Assembly (NCBI GenBank): GCA_951406725.2
Contig: OX597843.1
Span: 19,902,001-19,966,000 of the forward strand
DNA length: 64,000 bases
Reading direction: 5' to 3'
From: Octopus vulgaris
Lineage: Eukaryota
Each line of letters starts with the position of its first letter. The first letter of the stretch is position 1. Position numbers and translations under genes: made by a program. This document shows positions 1 to 11,819 of this stretch, in pieces. The notes under the pieces are model-generated. The model made no database searches. It was not told the origin of the DNA and was given only the letters and a program-made list of their open reading frames with translations.

Positions 1-196
1 AAATGCTTAGCGGTATTTCGTCTACCGCTACGTTCTGATTTCAAATTCCGCCGAGGTCGACTTTGCCTTTCATTCTTTCGGCGTCGAGTAAATAAGTACC
101 AGTTACGCACTGGGGTCGATATAATCGACTTAATCCGTTTGTCTGTCCTTGTTTTTCCTCTCTGTGTTTAGCCCCTTGTTGGTAGTAAAGAAATAG
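1..196 (+). mobile_element. tRNA-derived SINE (body and 3' part), inserted into a Tc1/mariner remnant
   Basis: Reverse-complement family copy at ~38590-38825; absent at the paralogous position (~48160) of the duplicated Tc1 copy. Confidence 0.8.
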
Positions 197-705
197 GTTT
201 CAGACGGAGGTCAACATCAAGTGCCTGGAGAAGGTAGTGCTTCCCTGGAGCAATGGGATGGCTGCTGGAAGATCCTATCTCTAGCAGGGAGACTCTGTAC
301 CATGCCATACAACCAGGAGAACCCAGCCATGGCTGTCAGACAGATTTTGCGACCACATCACCCCTAAAGTCACGCCATCTAACTCCCCAGACTGGAACCC
401 CCTTGATTATCATGCATGGTGCGCAGTTGACTGAGAGGTCAGCAAAACCCCTTGTGACATCAAAGATAAACTGAATACAAGGATTATGGCAGTATTCACG
501 AAATTAAACAAGGTGACCGTCCAAAAGAGTTGCAGGTGATTCCGAAGCTGACCGGAAGACGTGGTTGAAGCCAATAGCGAATTTATTGAATACATTTACT
601 TTCAAGATATTTTTCTGTTATTTTGGTAAATATACTTGTTAAAATGGGATCTTAGTGTTTTTTTCATTTTTGCGTAATTAAGACGACACTATATTTACTG
701 TAACC

Positions 706-707
<2 letters not shown>
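197..707 (+). mobile_element. Tc1/mariner transposon remnant (3' half)
   Basis: Degenerate transposase motif TPSNSPDWNPLDY (WPPNSPDLNPLDY-like); ends ...aacctg|TA; paralog of 47811-48680. Confidence 0.8.
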
Positions 708-779
<72 letters not shown>

Positions 780-795
780 CGTGTGTGTGTGTGTT

Positions 796-3240
796 TTGTG
801 TGAGGATGCTCTTGAGTGCTACTGGTAAATCTTCCTATAGATGATACACAAGATAGCAATCCCTCCACACTATCTATCAAAAGCCGCCTTATCCACATAT
901 GGAATGAAAAACGTAAAGCCAGAAACCTTTCTTTCTGGAATACGATTAAAAACAACCACAAGGCAGAAATCTACGAACGCTGGCTAAACTCTACACCAAT
1001 AATTTTGACTCGTAAATTCCAAATTCAAGGTATTCCAAAGAAGCCGACAACGGATGTGCGGTAGTAGTGGTGAATACAGAATACTACAAATATTTAACAC
1101 TTTCCATGTTGGAAAATAATATTTACTATGAGAAATTAATACATAACCACCCACAGTAAACGCTGAAAAACTTGCCCTCCTTACTCCAAATTCATGGAAA
1201 GGGTCTCACTAACATTGAAATAGACTTTTTACCCAATTTTAAATACAGTCCTAGTCTATTCTACGGATTACCCAAAATACATAAAAATCCACACATTTGT
1301 GAAGCCTGCAAAATCTCTACAAGCCTATGCATTAATGTCCCTCCCCCTACTGACCTCAAACTGAGACCTCTCATAGCTAGCCCTTCTTGTGAAACCCACC
1401 ATTTGAGCAACTTCCTCGACATCATACTCAAAACGTTTTTTAAAAATATGTGAAAAGCTTTATCAGGGATGACCTAGACATGCTGAACCACCGCCCGAAT
1501 ACAGTAAAGGAAGGAACGCTGCTGGTATCTTTCGATGTGGTGAATCTGTACACCAATATCCCACACGACTCTGGTATAGAAGCAATCACATTCTGGCTAG
1601 AAAAATACCCAGAAGAGATCTCAGGACGCATTAACCACAGAATCATAATCGAAGCACTCAAATTCATCCTGCTGAACAACTATTTCATGTTCGATACAAC
1701 TTACTACCGAAAACATGTGGAATTGCAATGGAAACCAGAGCTACTCCAGTGATTTCAAACCTTGAAATGGGTTACCTAGAACTGAAGTTATACCAATCAT
1801 CACTAGAAAATTATGGCGCCTCTTTTAATTGCTATTTAAAGGAGAACTGGATGAGGTATTTGGATGATTGCTTCATACTTTGGAAAGACAGCATGGACAA
1901 ACTCCTTGATTTGAACGTAATGCTTAACAACATACATAGCAATATACAATTCACTATGGAACACAACAGTAAACAACTCCCTTTTCTGGTCATCTTAATT
2001 AAAATAGTTAATAACCACATAGAAACAGATATGTTTTATAAACCCACAGATTCTAAACAATACATATTGTTTGACACCCCAAACACATAAAAATTAATAC
2101 ACCGTTTAATCTAGCGAAAAGAATATGTACCATAGTTTCGGATACATATACTCGTGAATAAGACTCCTTGTAATTAGATCAACACTAACTAAAAGACATT
2201 AAAAGAGCTAAGGAAATAGATATACAAATATTAAGGTATGCCAGCCGAAATACTAAACCAGACTTAAAAAATACTCCCGTACATTTCCACACATAACCCT
2301 AGAAACAACGAAGCCTTCAATATTATCACCCAAAATCTTCCCATCCTCACAGGAGACAAAACAACGAACGAAATTTTAAGCTCATACAAAATTTAAAAAG
2401 GCAAACTACAACCGAATTCATTGAAAAACAATTAACCAGCGCAAGACTATATCTACTAACAACAGAGCCAAAAGAGAAAAAGTGTGGTCGCCTCACCTGT
2501 GGAACATGTCCCAACCTTTTGGAGGATTCAGTAATCCACTTCAAACAAGAGGAAATATTTAAGATCAATTCAAAGTTCACCCGATACTCGGAAAATCTAA
2601 TCTATACCATGACATGCTTAGGATGTGGTAACCACTATATTAGACAAATATGAATATCAATCCGTTGAAGAACCACCATCCACAAGGAACAAATTCGCCA
2701 ACCACAATACACACAGTTACAGGTTAGTGAATACATTGAAAGGTGTGCTAGGAATGTTAATCCTAATTTCCAAATTTTCCACATCTATCAATGTTCACAG
2801 AACACATCAATGCAACAAAGGTTGATTAAATAGGCAATTTTCATCAATAAATATCTTCCCCAACTGAATATAAAGACACAACTTAATACAGAACACTACT
2901 ATCATTTCAATTAACACCATAAACCACTATACATTCCTTACAAAATTCAGATTCAAATTCTATATCTAACCTTACTGCATAAAATCCAGAACAACTTACC
3001 TCCCTTACAAATAATCTTTTTATTCAGGCACTATTAGACCTAACACCGTTCATTAGCCGGTGTTCATTCAAAGCAATGAATGGCTTATGACGAAAGCATG
3101 GTATGCTTTCTGACTCTTTAATCATCTCATAATAATGAATCTTGTGACTCCTATTTCTACCTCAGTCCATCTAAAGGTATATATCTGTCATTACCTTTCA
3201 TAGAAAGTTTTTTTTTGTTATATTTACAATGTGCATGTTC
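796..3240 (+). mobile_element. Penelope-like retroelement (RT + GIY-YIG), degenerate
   Basis: Fragmented ORFs with LVSFDVVNLYTNIP, WMRYLDDCF and KPTDSKQY motifs; GIY-YIG segment ENLIYTMTCLGCG..YI near 2590-2645; inserted in a (TA)n/(TG)n tract. Confidence 0.9.
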
Positions 3241-3313
3241 GTTGATTTTTCATATTTTCCCCTTACATTTCGACGTGTATTTTCTTTTTTCTTCTTGTAA
3301 CATATTTCTAATA

Positions 3314-3352
<39 letters not shown>

Positions 3353-3368
3353 CATATGTCTACTATAT

Positions 3369-3418
<50 letters not shown>

Positions 3419-3639
3419 ATAATAAGAATAATAATATATATGTATATACAAACATGCATACATACATAAATTTATACACACAAATATACACACATACATA
3501 CATACATACATGCATACATACATAGATACATATATACATACATATATATATACATATATACATACACACATACAGAAATGCATACGCTATATATACACTA
3601 TAAAAATACGGGTGTATGTGGTTTTTTATATGTTTTCAG

Positions 3640-3708
3640 ACCTGCGAGCCTCTGAAACATTGCGTCCTCGAGTAAAACGAATTTGCTTTCCGAAGTCCGA
3701 TTCCCAAG
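3640..3708 (+). other. Candidate 69-nt phase-1 exon (DLRASETLRPRVKRICFPKSDSQ), uncertain
   Basis: Acceptor ...tgttttcag and donor AAG|gtaaac; paralog 51722-51790 keeps the splice sites but has an in-frame TGA. Confidence 0.25.
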
Positions 3709-4264
3709 GTAAACATCGTCCATAAAATAAGATAAATATCATAATCCTCCACGTGAAATAACCCAACTTTGAGATCTCAACCGCCCACTCTATATCTTTC
3801 ACTACCCATGTATCTCATATTTGCCATACTATTTGATGCTCTCTCTCTTTCTCACTCTCTCTCTTTCTCTCTCTTTCTCTCTATCTCTCTCTCTCCCTCT
3901 CTCTCTCTCTGTATGTGAATTAAAAATCAATCATTGCTTTCATTTTGTTTAAAATCTCCTACTTCTACTTTATGATACAAGTGTTCACACACAAACAGCT
4001 TAGCTTCCAAATCTTTTTTTTCTGATTGGGTAAAAATGATAAAACTTCGAACCTCTGATGTGTTTTCTAAACTTGTTCTCGAATAAATCAATAAATTTCA
4101 AAATTACCACATAATTTTCAAATTTCAAATTGTGTGACAGAAGGCGAAAAGTTCGCTCTCTAATTGCTTACTTCTTTCCTTTTCTCATAGTAAACCTTCC
4201 TACACTTTATGAAAGTATATCGCTCACACTAAGTGTGTGTGTTGTGTTCCGAATGTGTGTCGTG

Positions 4265-4500
<236 letters not shown>

Positions 4501-4609
4501 GTGTGTCTGTGTGTGTGCCATTATGTCTGCGTGCGTGGATGTAAGAATGAGTGCGTATTTGTGTGCGTTATTGAGTGTGTACCTAAGTGCATAAGAATTA
4601 TATGCCTAA

Positions 4610-4656
<47 letters not shown>

Positions 4657-4659
<3 letters not shown>

Positions 4660-4945
4660 AATTAAGGGGTTAATTTTGATGTCTTCACTTATGTTGTAAA
4701 TTTATTTTATGCTATTTAGACCTGAAGAGTAGCTATGTATTCATTTTTCAGATTATCAATTTTGATAAAGTCGATTTAAATATATGGATACGAAACGCGT
4801 CTCGTCAATTTAATGTGCATAATTTAGTATAGTATGTTTTAGTATATTATTAATAATATAATTATATTTATATTTTATTATAGATAATATCTTTCATTAT
4901 TAATTGGATTAATTTACGGAGGGTCTGTCTCTTTATTATATATAA
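4657..4945 (+). mobile_element. Solo PLE pLTR/retrozyme-like insert with a hammerhead motif (4716-4807)
   Basis: CTGAAGA (4722-4728), long stem II gtagctatgtatt/aatatatggatac, GAAAC-GC-GTC (4792-4801); lies between TA tracts and is absent from copy B. Confidence 0.6.
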
Positions 4946-4987
4946 ATATATATATATTTTTATGTGTGTGTAAGCACACCTATATAT

Positions 4988-5033
<46 letters not shown>

Positions 5034-5139
5034 GCATACGTATACCCATGCATGCCAGTATATGTCATATATACACACTCACACACATACACTCACACAT
5101 ACATATATATAGAGAGAGAATATTATCTTCCATTTATTC

Positions 5140-5500
5140 AAGTCATTAGTCAGCAGCTATCCTGGCAACCCTCCTAGAAGGTATTTTATTCAAATATATT
5201 CTCCACTGTATTTAAATTTTGAAAGTCTGTTGCTTATTGTATCGGTTTCTTTTGAGGAACTGTTAAGTTACGGGGACGAAATATCTCCAGAGACTATTAC
5301 AACCACAATAATTAAAGCTCACACACACACATACACCCATGTATATATATAACACAGGCCTCTTTCAGTTTCTGACAACAAAATCGTCTCACGACACGAG
5401 TATATAGAATTGGACACTTGGTGAAGGCAGCACGTATTAACACTGACCACTACTCCATGTGGTTTGAAATCAAGCTTCTTATTACGCAGACACGCCATTG
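5140..5500 (-). mobile_element. Old degenerate SINE
   Basis: Reverse complement resembles the body (gtccccgtaac...aaaagaaaccg) and head of the SINE split at 7432-12250; paralog ~52600-52975. Confidence 0.6.
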
Positions 5501-5572
5501 ACTTTATACACACATACACTTATATAGATATACATATATATTTATGTATGTATATATATATATATATATATG

Positions 5573-5930
5573 AATCTATTGTACGCTCAAGTGGTCGCAC
5601 CTATTTTATCCTGCTTTATATACCTACATATTGGACTTATAACTGCCTGATTTTTCTGCACCTCTCCGATTCTACATATCTGCACTCTACCCGACTGCCA
5701 CTGGGTATACTTATGGATCTCACGGGACTCATCTGTTAATGAAATATCCCTCCAATACACTAGAAAATTTAATCCTTTTTGAACTTCTGTGATTCCTCAT
5801 TTTCTTTACTTTTGAAGATCGTAGGCTCGAAACGTAAAGCCCTTTCACACTTTCCGGAGTGTCAAACTAATACACACCTTTTTCATATATCTGTGTTCGT
5901 CTTTTATTTTTCTGTAAACTTCAACTATGT
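5573..5930 (+). mobile_element. pLTR-like insert with a degenerate hammerhead (ttgaaga...gctcgaaacgta, ~5805-5840)
   Basis: Lies between (TA)n and (TAGA)n; copy B has a different insert at this site. Confidence 0.4.
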
Positions 5931-5941
5931 ATATACATGTG

Positions 5942-5942
5942 T

Positions 5943-5981
<39 letters not shown>

Positions 5982-5982
5982 T

Positions 5983-6038
<56 letters not shown>

Positions 6039-6090
6039 GTAGATAGATAGATAAATAGATAGATATATAAATAGATAGATAGTTAGATAT
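5942..6090. repeat. (TAGA)n microsatellite
   Basis: Direct reading. Confidence 0.97.
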
Positions 6091-6409
6091 AAATACAGTG
6101 CACATTTAAACACATAAGATGTACCCGTCATAGGATTTGCTGCACGCCAGAAGGAACAGCTAAAATCCAAACCGCAATTAGGGATAATCATCGAAGGGAA
6201 TGAAAATTATGAAATACTTAACTCTATCTCCTAGACAACGGATTCAGAATTTTTTTAGCAAATAAAATTATTTCTAGGCGAAGTCCTCATCAGCAGGTAC
6301 GCTTACATTAAAACATATAAGCATGAGGCAATCCAACATTGCCTCTTATGTGATACCTCTTATGTGTTTAGATATGCTTAAATGTGTTTAAACAAATAAG
6401 ACGAATACG

Positions 6410-7430
6410 TCTGACCATTTACATGAAAATATTCCATTGACATTTAAATCTCAATACATTGTATAAATAATATCGACGTTTTATATGTCGAAGTGCTTAA
6501 TTTTACACACTGGTCAATTTTTTTCAGAATCAGTTCATTATTTTATTTTGAATTATTTTGACGATTTCTGCCTTTCATCATTTTAATTTTAATTCTACTA
6601 CATGACTCCGGCCATAAACCTTACCTAAAAGTCAAAGTTCATCAAAATCGGATGAATTGTGTAAAAGTTACAGCATAAAATACTAATCCTATGGGTAATT
6701 GCATACAAAAAGCCCATTGTTTTTTTGAAATCTCCCTCTCACTCGCAGTTATCGATTTTTGTCAACTCTTAATGCAAGTGTCAACTAATGGACATGAGCT
6801 GTAATCACATGTAAAATATCTACAAAATCGTTAAGAATGTCTGTATGGAAATGTCTATGTACATTTATGCCCTTTTCAAGCTCTTTTGAATTAAATAAAT
6901 ACATTTACCGTATCCCCCACCAAACTTCATATTTCATTAAAATCAGATAAAATATATGAAATTTACGGCCAAAAATAAAACGTCTATTGATTTTATAAAA
7001 CCACTGCTCCGGCGCAATTACCAATTTTTTTCTCAACGTCATATACTGAAATCAACTCACTGCCATGAGCCTTGCTCACTCGTCGATTTTCTTTAAAGTT
7101 GGACAAAAATGCAAAAGCTGCTGGGAAAATAACATCGTTTTGGGAATATGCGAGTTTAAGGAACAAAATTTTAAAATGTCGCCATTGTTTTCAAACAACG
7201 TTTCACATTTTGTTTGAAAAAAAAGCGTGTATTATAATGGTGATCACCGATTTCCAAAATTTTTCATTTAGAACTTTTGTTAATGCGTCGTTCAAAAGCA
7301 TTGGCCAAAATCGGTACCGATTGGGATTGGGGATTTGAAAAAAATCAAAACATTCACACAACTTTTAAAGAGATTCCTACCATCATTTCAAACGTTGGGG
7401 TGAAAAAAATTGAAAATCATCACCAGAATC
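6410..7430. repeat. Unclassified non-coding repeat, possibly a non-autonomous DNA transposon
   Basis: Recurrent motif like ttcatcaaaatcggatgaa / ttcattaaaatcagataaa; paralog ~55030-56080; no TIR identified. Confidence 0.4.
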
Positions 7431-8173
7431 AGTGCAGTAGTGGCTGTGTGGTAAGTAGCTTGCTTACCTCATTGTGCTGAGCGAATCGGAGTTTTGTTTG
7501 ATACTGAAACAGTAAAGACTAAAGACGTGTTTTTGAAGCCGTCTTAAATTGAAGAGTTTTGAAACTCAGTTGTAAGGTAAGACTTTTTTGGGTGTCTAGT
7601 GGGGGCATGTTGTCTGCCGCAATTATTTTTTGCAAACAAGAAGTCCTCACTGGATTCTAGTCTTCCTGTAGCTGAGTGAATATTTTTTCACTTAACTGTG
7701 AAAATTATTGTTTTTGTGGGCGTATCCTGCCGCAAAATTTTGTCTGAGAATAATATTTGTCCAGGAATAACTCTGGGAATTTTTAGAAAAGATTTCAACA
7801 ATATTGTTCCTGTTAAGGATTACCTATGAGAAGAAAATTGGAATGATTTGCGTTAAAATTTTGGCCTGGAGTACCGAGTGGCCTCTGCTGTGTTTTGAAC
7901 TGTTGCTCTCTCTTCACCCTCTTTTATTTAAAAAAGACTCTTTATTGAACTGTTAATTTTTCTTCTTTTTTTGTTTGGACTTTTTACTCTTCCTTCTTTT
8001 TCCTTAATTATTTTGTATTTTATGAGGTGTTTTTTGGACTTTTTTAAAAAGAAACCTGGCAAAGAACAATGGAAAGTTTGTGGAGTGGGAATTTATACCA
8101 CCCAAAAGATGATTAAAAGAACTTGAAAGTAAGACGGTGGGTTTGAGGACCTACTCTAGGACCCCCGACGCCA

Positions 8174-8900
8174 TTGCCGTTTTCAAAAAATATAATCGAA
8201 AGAGAGATGGCAGAATTTAAGCCAGCTATTAAGTTTATCACTCGGAGGGTCAAATATGCAAACGTGTGGTACTATTTGACTTCCCAGAAGTGGATTGTGA
8301 ATTTGCGTGCCAGCTCCTGGAAGGCAATGAAATTTTGTTTCTTCCCACTTATTGTGGGAAGAATTTGACGAGGGCTTGGGTTTGCGGCTTTCCACCCGGA
8401 GAAGAGACCGAGTGGATAGGAGATACTATCCGCCTTGGTCTTGGTGGTAGTAGCACCAAGCTCTTCAATGTAAATATTCTGCCTGCGGCTTACTGGGAGG
8501 GTTCAAAAGCTGTTTTGACCCTCTGGACCAAGTCAGCCGTAAGTCTGGTATTTCCAGACTTTTTGAGAATCGGCTGGTCCAAGTATCCGGTGATGCTTGA
8601 GGAGCCCCTCTCAAAGTGTTATCGGTGCCTCGAGCCTGGCCATATAAAAAATAACTGTCCTCAACTGCAAAGCTAAGTCCTGGAGCGGTTGACGGAGACC
8701 TCTGTAGAAGAGGGAATGAAGGCGGCCGAGGAGACAGAGGATGCCACAAAGAAGAGCCGCAAAAGGAAGAAGGTGAGTAATAATGGGTGCTCACCGAAGG
8801 ATTCTGGGAATGCGGGAGGGGAGGCACATGTTCCGGTCACGGACGAGATGCACCCTCCCTCAGTCAAGAAGCAAAAAGAGGAAAAAGGAGAAACGTGATA
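8174..8900 (+). pseudogene. Non-LTR (Tx1/L1-like) ORF1 with CCHC zinc knuckle, disrupted
   Basis: KCYRCLEPGHIKNNC (CX2CX4HX4C) followed by a K/E-rich tail; frameshift and stop; paralog 56787-57605. Confidence 0.7.
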
Positions 8901-9559
8901 TTGCCGACAGTCGGAGACATGGAGCCTCATCGGTGGGGCTCGTGCAACCGGCGGGGGTGCGTGGGTAGACACACTTGGTAAGAATTGTTCCGCTAACGGT
9001 AGAATTGACTATTTCGGACGGAGGAGGAAGAACTGCTGTTCTTCTGTTATAGAGGGGGAGTGGTGGAAAAGGTGGTAGTAGAACACCACAAGGGAGTACA
9101 TTTGGCCTTCGCACGGTAACCCGAATTGCCTCCGCAGATTGGTGTGGAGTTCATAACGCTGCGCATATTTCATAGGCTGGGGGGACTAAAAGAGGAATAT
9201 CGCTCGTGGCCGGGTGACGCCAACTGGGAGCATACCTTGATTTTAAAGCAAGCAGGGGATATGGTGGAGTACACGTACACAAGCGATAATGAGGATTGAC
9301 AAGAGGTTGAAAAGCCTCAGTTTTATAATGTGTAAGAATCTCAGTGCCTCACTTGTAAATGGACTAGTGTTGATTGTATATTGAATATTTTATTGTATAT
9401 TATTGTATGTTATTATTTGTTATGGACTATTAAGTCCAATAATTGTAAAAATTGTAGTGAGAGGTTCAATACCTCGTTTTCTTTCTGTTGGGAAAAAAAA
9501 GAATGGTTTAGAGAACCGAAACCAGATAACTTCACGTGTTCTTGTTATCTTATTCCGAT

Positions 9560-10839
9560 TGATAGGTTTATCCGAGTAAATAAAAGGTTTTGAAAGGGCA
9601 TACGGGTGTTGATATCGGCGGGCTGAGACAGTGTTAGTGTCAAGGGTCACCGAGTGGGGAGGTTGTTTGTTAGATCATATACTACTTTAAAATTTGGGGG
9701 ACTAGTAGGACGATCGGTTATGCGGGATATTTTTTGTTTTATCTGGAGGACGGGTGTATTCTTGGTTCCAAGGTTAGTTGAGGGAGGCTTGTTCTACACA
9801 AGGTTATATTCGATCGAATTCTTATGACCGTCACGCAATTATAATATTCAGCGTATTGTTCGAATATTTCCTTACTGGCGGACAGTGATGAAATCCATTT
9901 TGATACGATATCTACGATAGAGTTTAGGACAACTGGCGTTGTGGATGGAGGAAAAGTTGACGTAGTGGAGGTTCCCCTTAAGTTTATGGCATGGGTTGAA
10001 AATTTGACTTTGTAGATCTAGGGTGACATCTAGGAAATTAGAAGTGTTAAGGCTGCTACATAAAGTGATGCAGAGGCCCACCGTTTTAAAAAGATATCTT
10101 GGTCTTTTTCTAATCTGTTCGATTTCGCGGTTGCGAGAATCCCGAATGACTCTATTGGCCTAGAATTACTCAGTTTTATCACATGTCGACGGGCGGCCAA
10201 GATGGTATCAATATCGTCACAAGAGAAGTTAGATTGTATCATTGCAAAAATGAGGACATTGTTGAGAAGGATACACTAGAGTAATTTGGTCTATGTCGAT
10301 CTGGATGAATTTAAAAGTATGTTTAGGGCTTTAGGAATTAAACGACTGGACGGCTTGAGTAATTTCAGTCCATAGGTGTAGTTGGGGGTATAATCCTGTC
10401 TGATGAAATCTTGCTAATCTTACCTATATCTGAACTGAAGGGACAAATGAGGCGAACGGAAGGGTTCTCGGCAGATTTTATTTTATGGTCTTCTGCGTTA
10501 ATATGGAGTGAGCGAGTTAAGTAACGTCCGGTCCTATCTTCTAATGCGCGTTTAAAAACGAGATCACGATTCTTGATGTAAATGTCTTTTAGAACAGAGG
10601 CTGGTACAATACGGTATTATTTATGTAGTTATTTGTGTATTAGATCTCGGTATTTATCTAGAGGAGCATTATAAATGTTGCCGGGTTTGACGGCTTGGAA
10701 GAGAATTTCAGAGTATTTTTGAAGACTCTTGAGGATATTATTGATTTTAGTTAGGCGGGGCTTGATTGTTATTTTTCTAGGTTTAAATTTGATGTTCAAG
10801 ATGTTGCTCGAAATTGTCTAGGTCACGCTTAGGAGGTCC
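9560..10839 (-). mobile_element. PLE RT fragment, degenerate
   Basis: SNFLDVTLDLQ and LHYVNFSS.H motifs (FLD/thumb region); related copies at 16280-17693 and 58200-59444. Confidence 0.75.
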
Positions 10840-11051
10840 CTTGTTTAGCAACCACATGGTTCCGGGTTCAGTCCCACTGCGTGGCACCTTGGGCAAGTGT
10901 CTTCTACTATAGCCTCGGGCCGACCAAAGCCTTGTGAGTGGATTTGGTAGACGGAAACTGAAAGAAGCCCGTCGTATATATGTATATTTATGTATATATA
11001 TATATATAAAGGATATATATTGTCAGAAGCGACACCTACTGGTCTGGCTAC

Positions 11052-11093
11052 GCTGCATTGAAAAGGGGCAATACCCCGAAACGCGTCTGCGGC
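11052..11093 (+). ncRNA. Type I hammerhead ribozyme, U3-A8 core variant (unit 1)
   Basis: Stem I gctgca/tgcggc; core TTGAAAA; stem II gggg-caata-cccc; GAAAC-GC-GTC; predicted cleavage after 11087. Confidence 0.85.
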
Positions 11094-11414
11094 TGCCGGT
11101 CAAGTAGTGTGGAGCGACTGACCTCCCTTGTTCGAAGGTTATATGGATACAGTTTGTGTATCAAATAGCTAACTTAAGGCGATGGCCTCATGGAGCTAAT
11201 AAGCGGACAGCTTTATTCTTATTTTTATAAGAATGCCATATTAGTATGGCCATAACTATTATTTTCCGGAAACGCTGCCGTTGTTCTCTTTTAGAGAGAC
11301 TTAGTAATTTTAATATTTCTATTATTGAAAACAAGTGGATGTATTCCACCGAAGCTAGGTAAATAAAACCTTCGAACAGAGATTGTCAGAAGCGACACCT
11401 ACTGGTCTGGCTAC

Positions 11415-11456
11415 GCTGCATTGAAAAGGGGCAATACCCCGAAACGCGTCTGTAGC
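11415..11456 (+). ncRNA. Type I hammerhead ribozyme, U3-A8 core variant (unit 2)
   Basis: Stem I gctgca/tgtagc; same core; predicted cleavage after 11450. Confidence 0.85.
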
Positions 11457-11777
11457 TGCCGGTCAAGTAGTGTGGAGCGACGGACCTCCCTTGTTCGAAG
11501 ATTATATGGATACAGTTTGTGTATCAAATAGCTAACTTAAGGCGATGGCCTCATGGAGCTAGTAAGCGGACAGCTTTATTCTTATTTTTATAAGAATGCC
11601 ATATTAGTATGGCGATAACTATTATTTTCCGGAAACGCTCCCGTTGTTCTCTTTTAGAGAGACTTAGCAATTTTAATATTTCTATTATTGAAAACAAGTG
11701 GATGTATTCCACCGAAGCTAGGTAAATAAAACCTTCGAACAGAGATTGTCAGAAGCGACACCTACTGGTCTGGCTAC

Positions 11778-11819
11778 GCTGCATTGAAAAGGGGCAATAC
11801 CCCGAAACGCGTCTGTAGC
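11778..11819 (+). ncRNA. Type I hammerhead ribozyme, U3-A8 core variant (unit 3)
   Basis: Same as unit 2; predicted cleavage after 11813. Confidence 0.85.

Larger units (their letters stand above)
7469..10839. mobile_element. Composite insertion: gag-like ORF1 (+) joined to a PLE RT fragment (-)
   Basis: Flanked by an imperfect 10-bp direct repeat cttgcttacc/cttgtttagc (cttgcttacc/cttgtttacc in copy B, 56119-59444). Confidence 0.6.

Noticed and set aside
3040-3115. Hammerhead at the 3' end of the first PLE
   Set aside because: Only partial tokens (ttatga-c-gaaa) are present; the three stems could not be built.
3625-3710. Minus-strand frame that looks LRR-like (LEDAMFQRLAGLKT)
   Set aside because: No suitable splice sites, wrong spacing, and mostly non-synonymous differences between copies.
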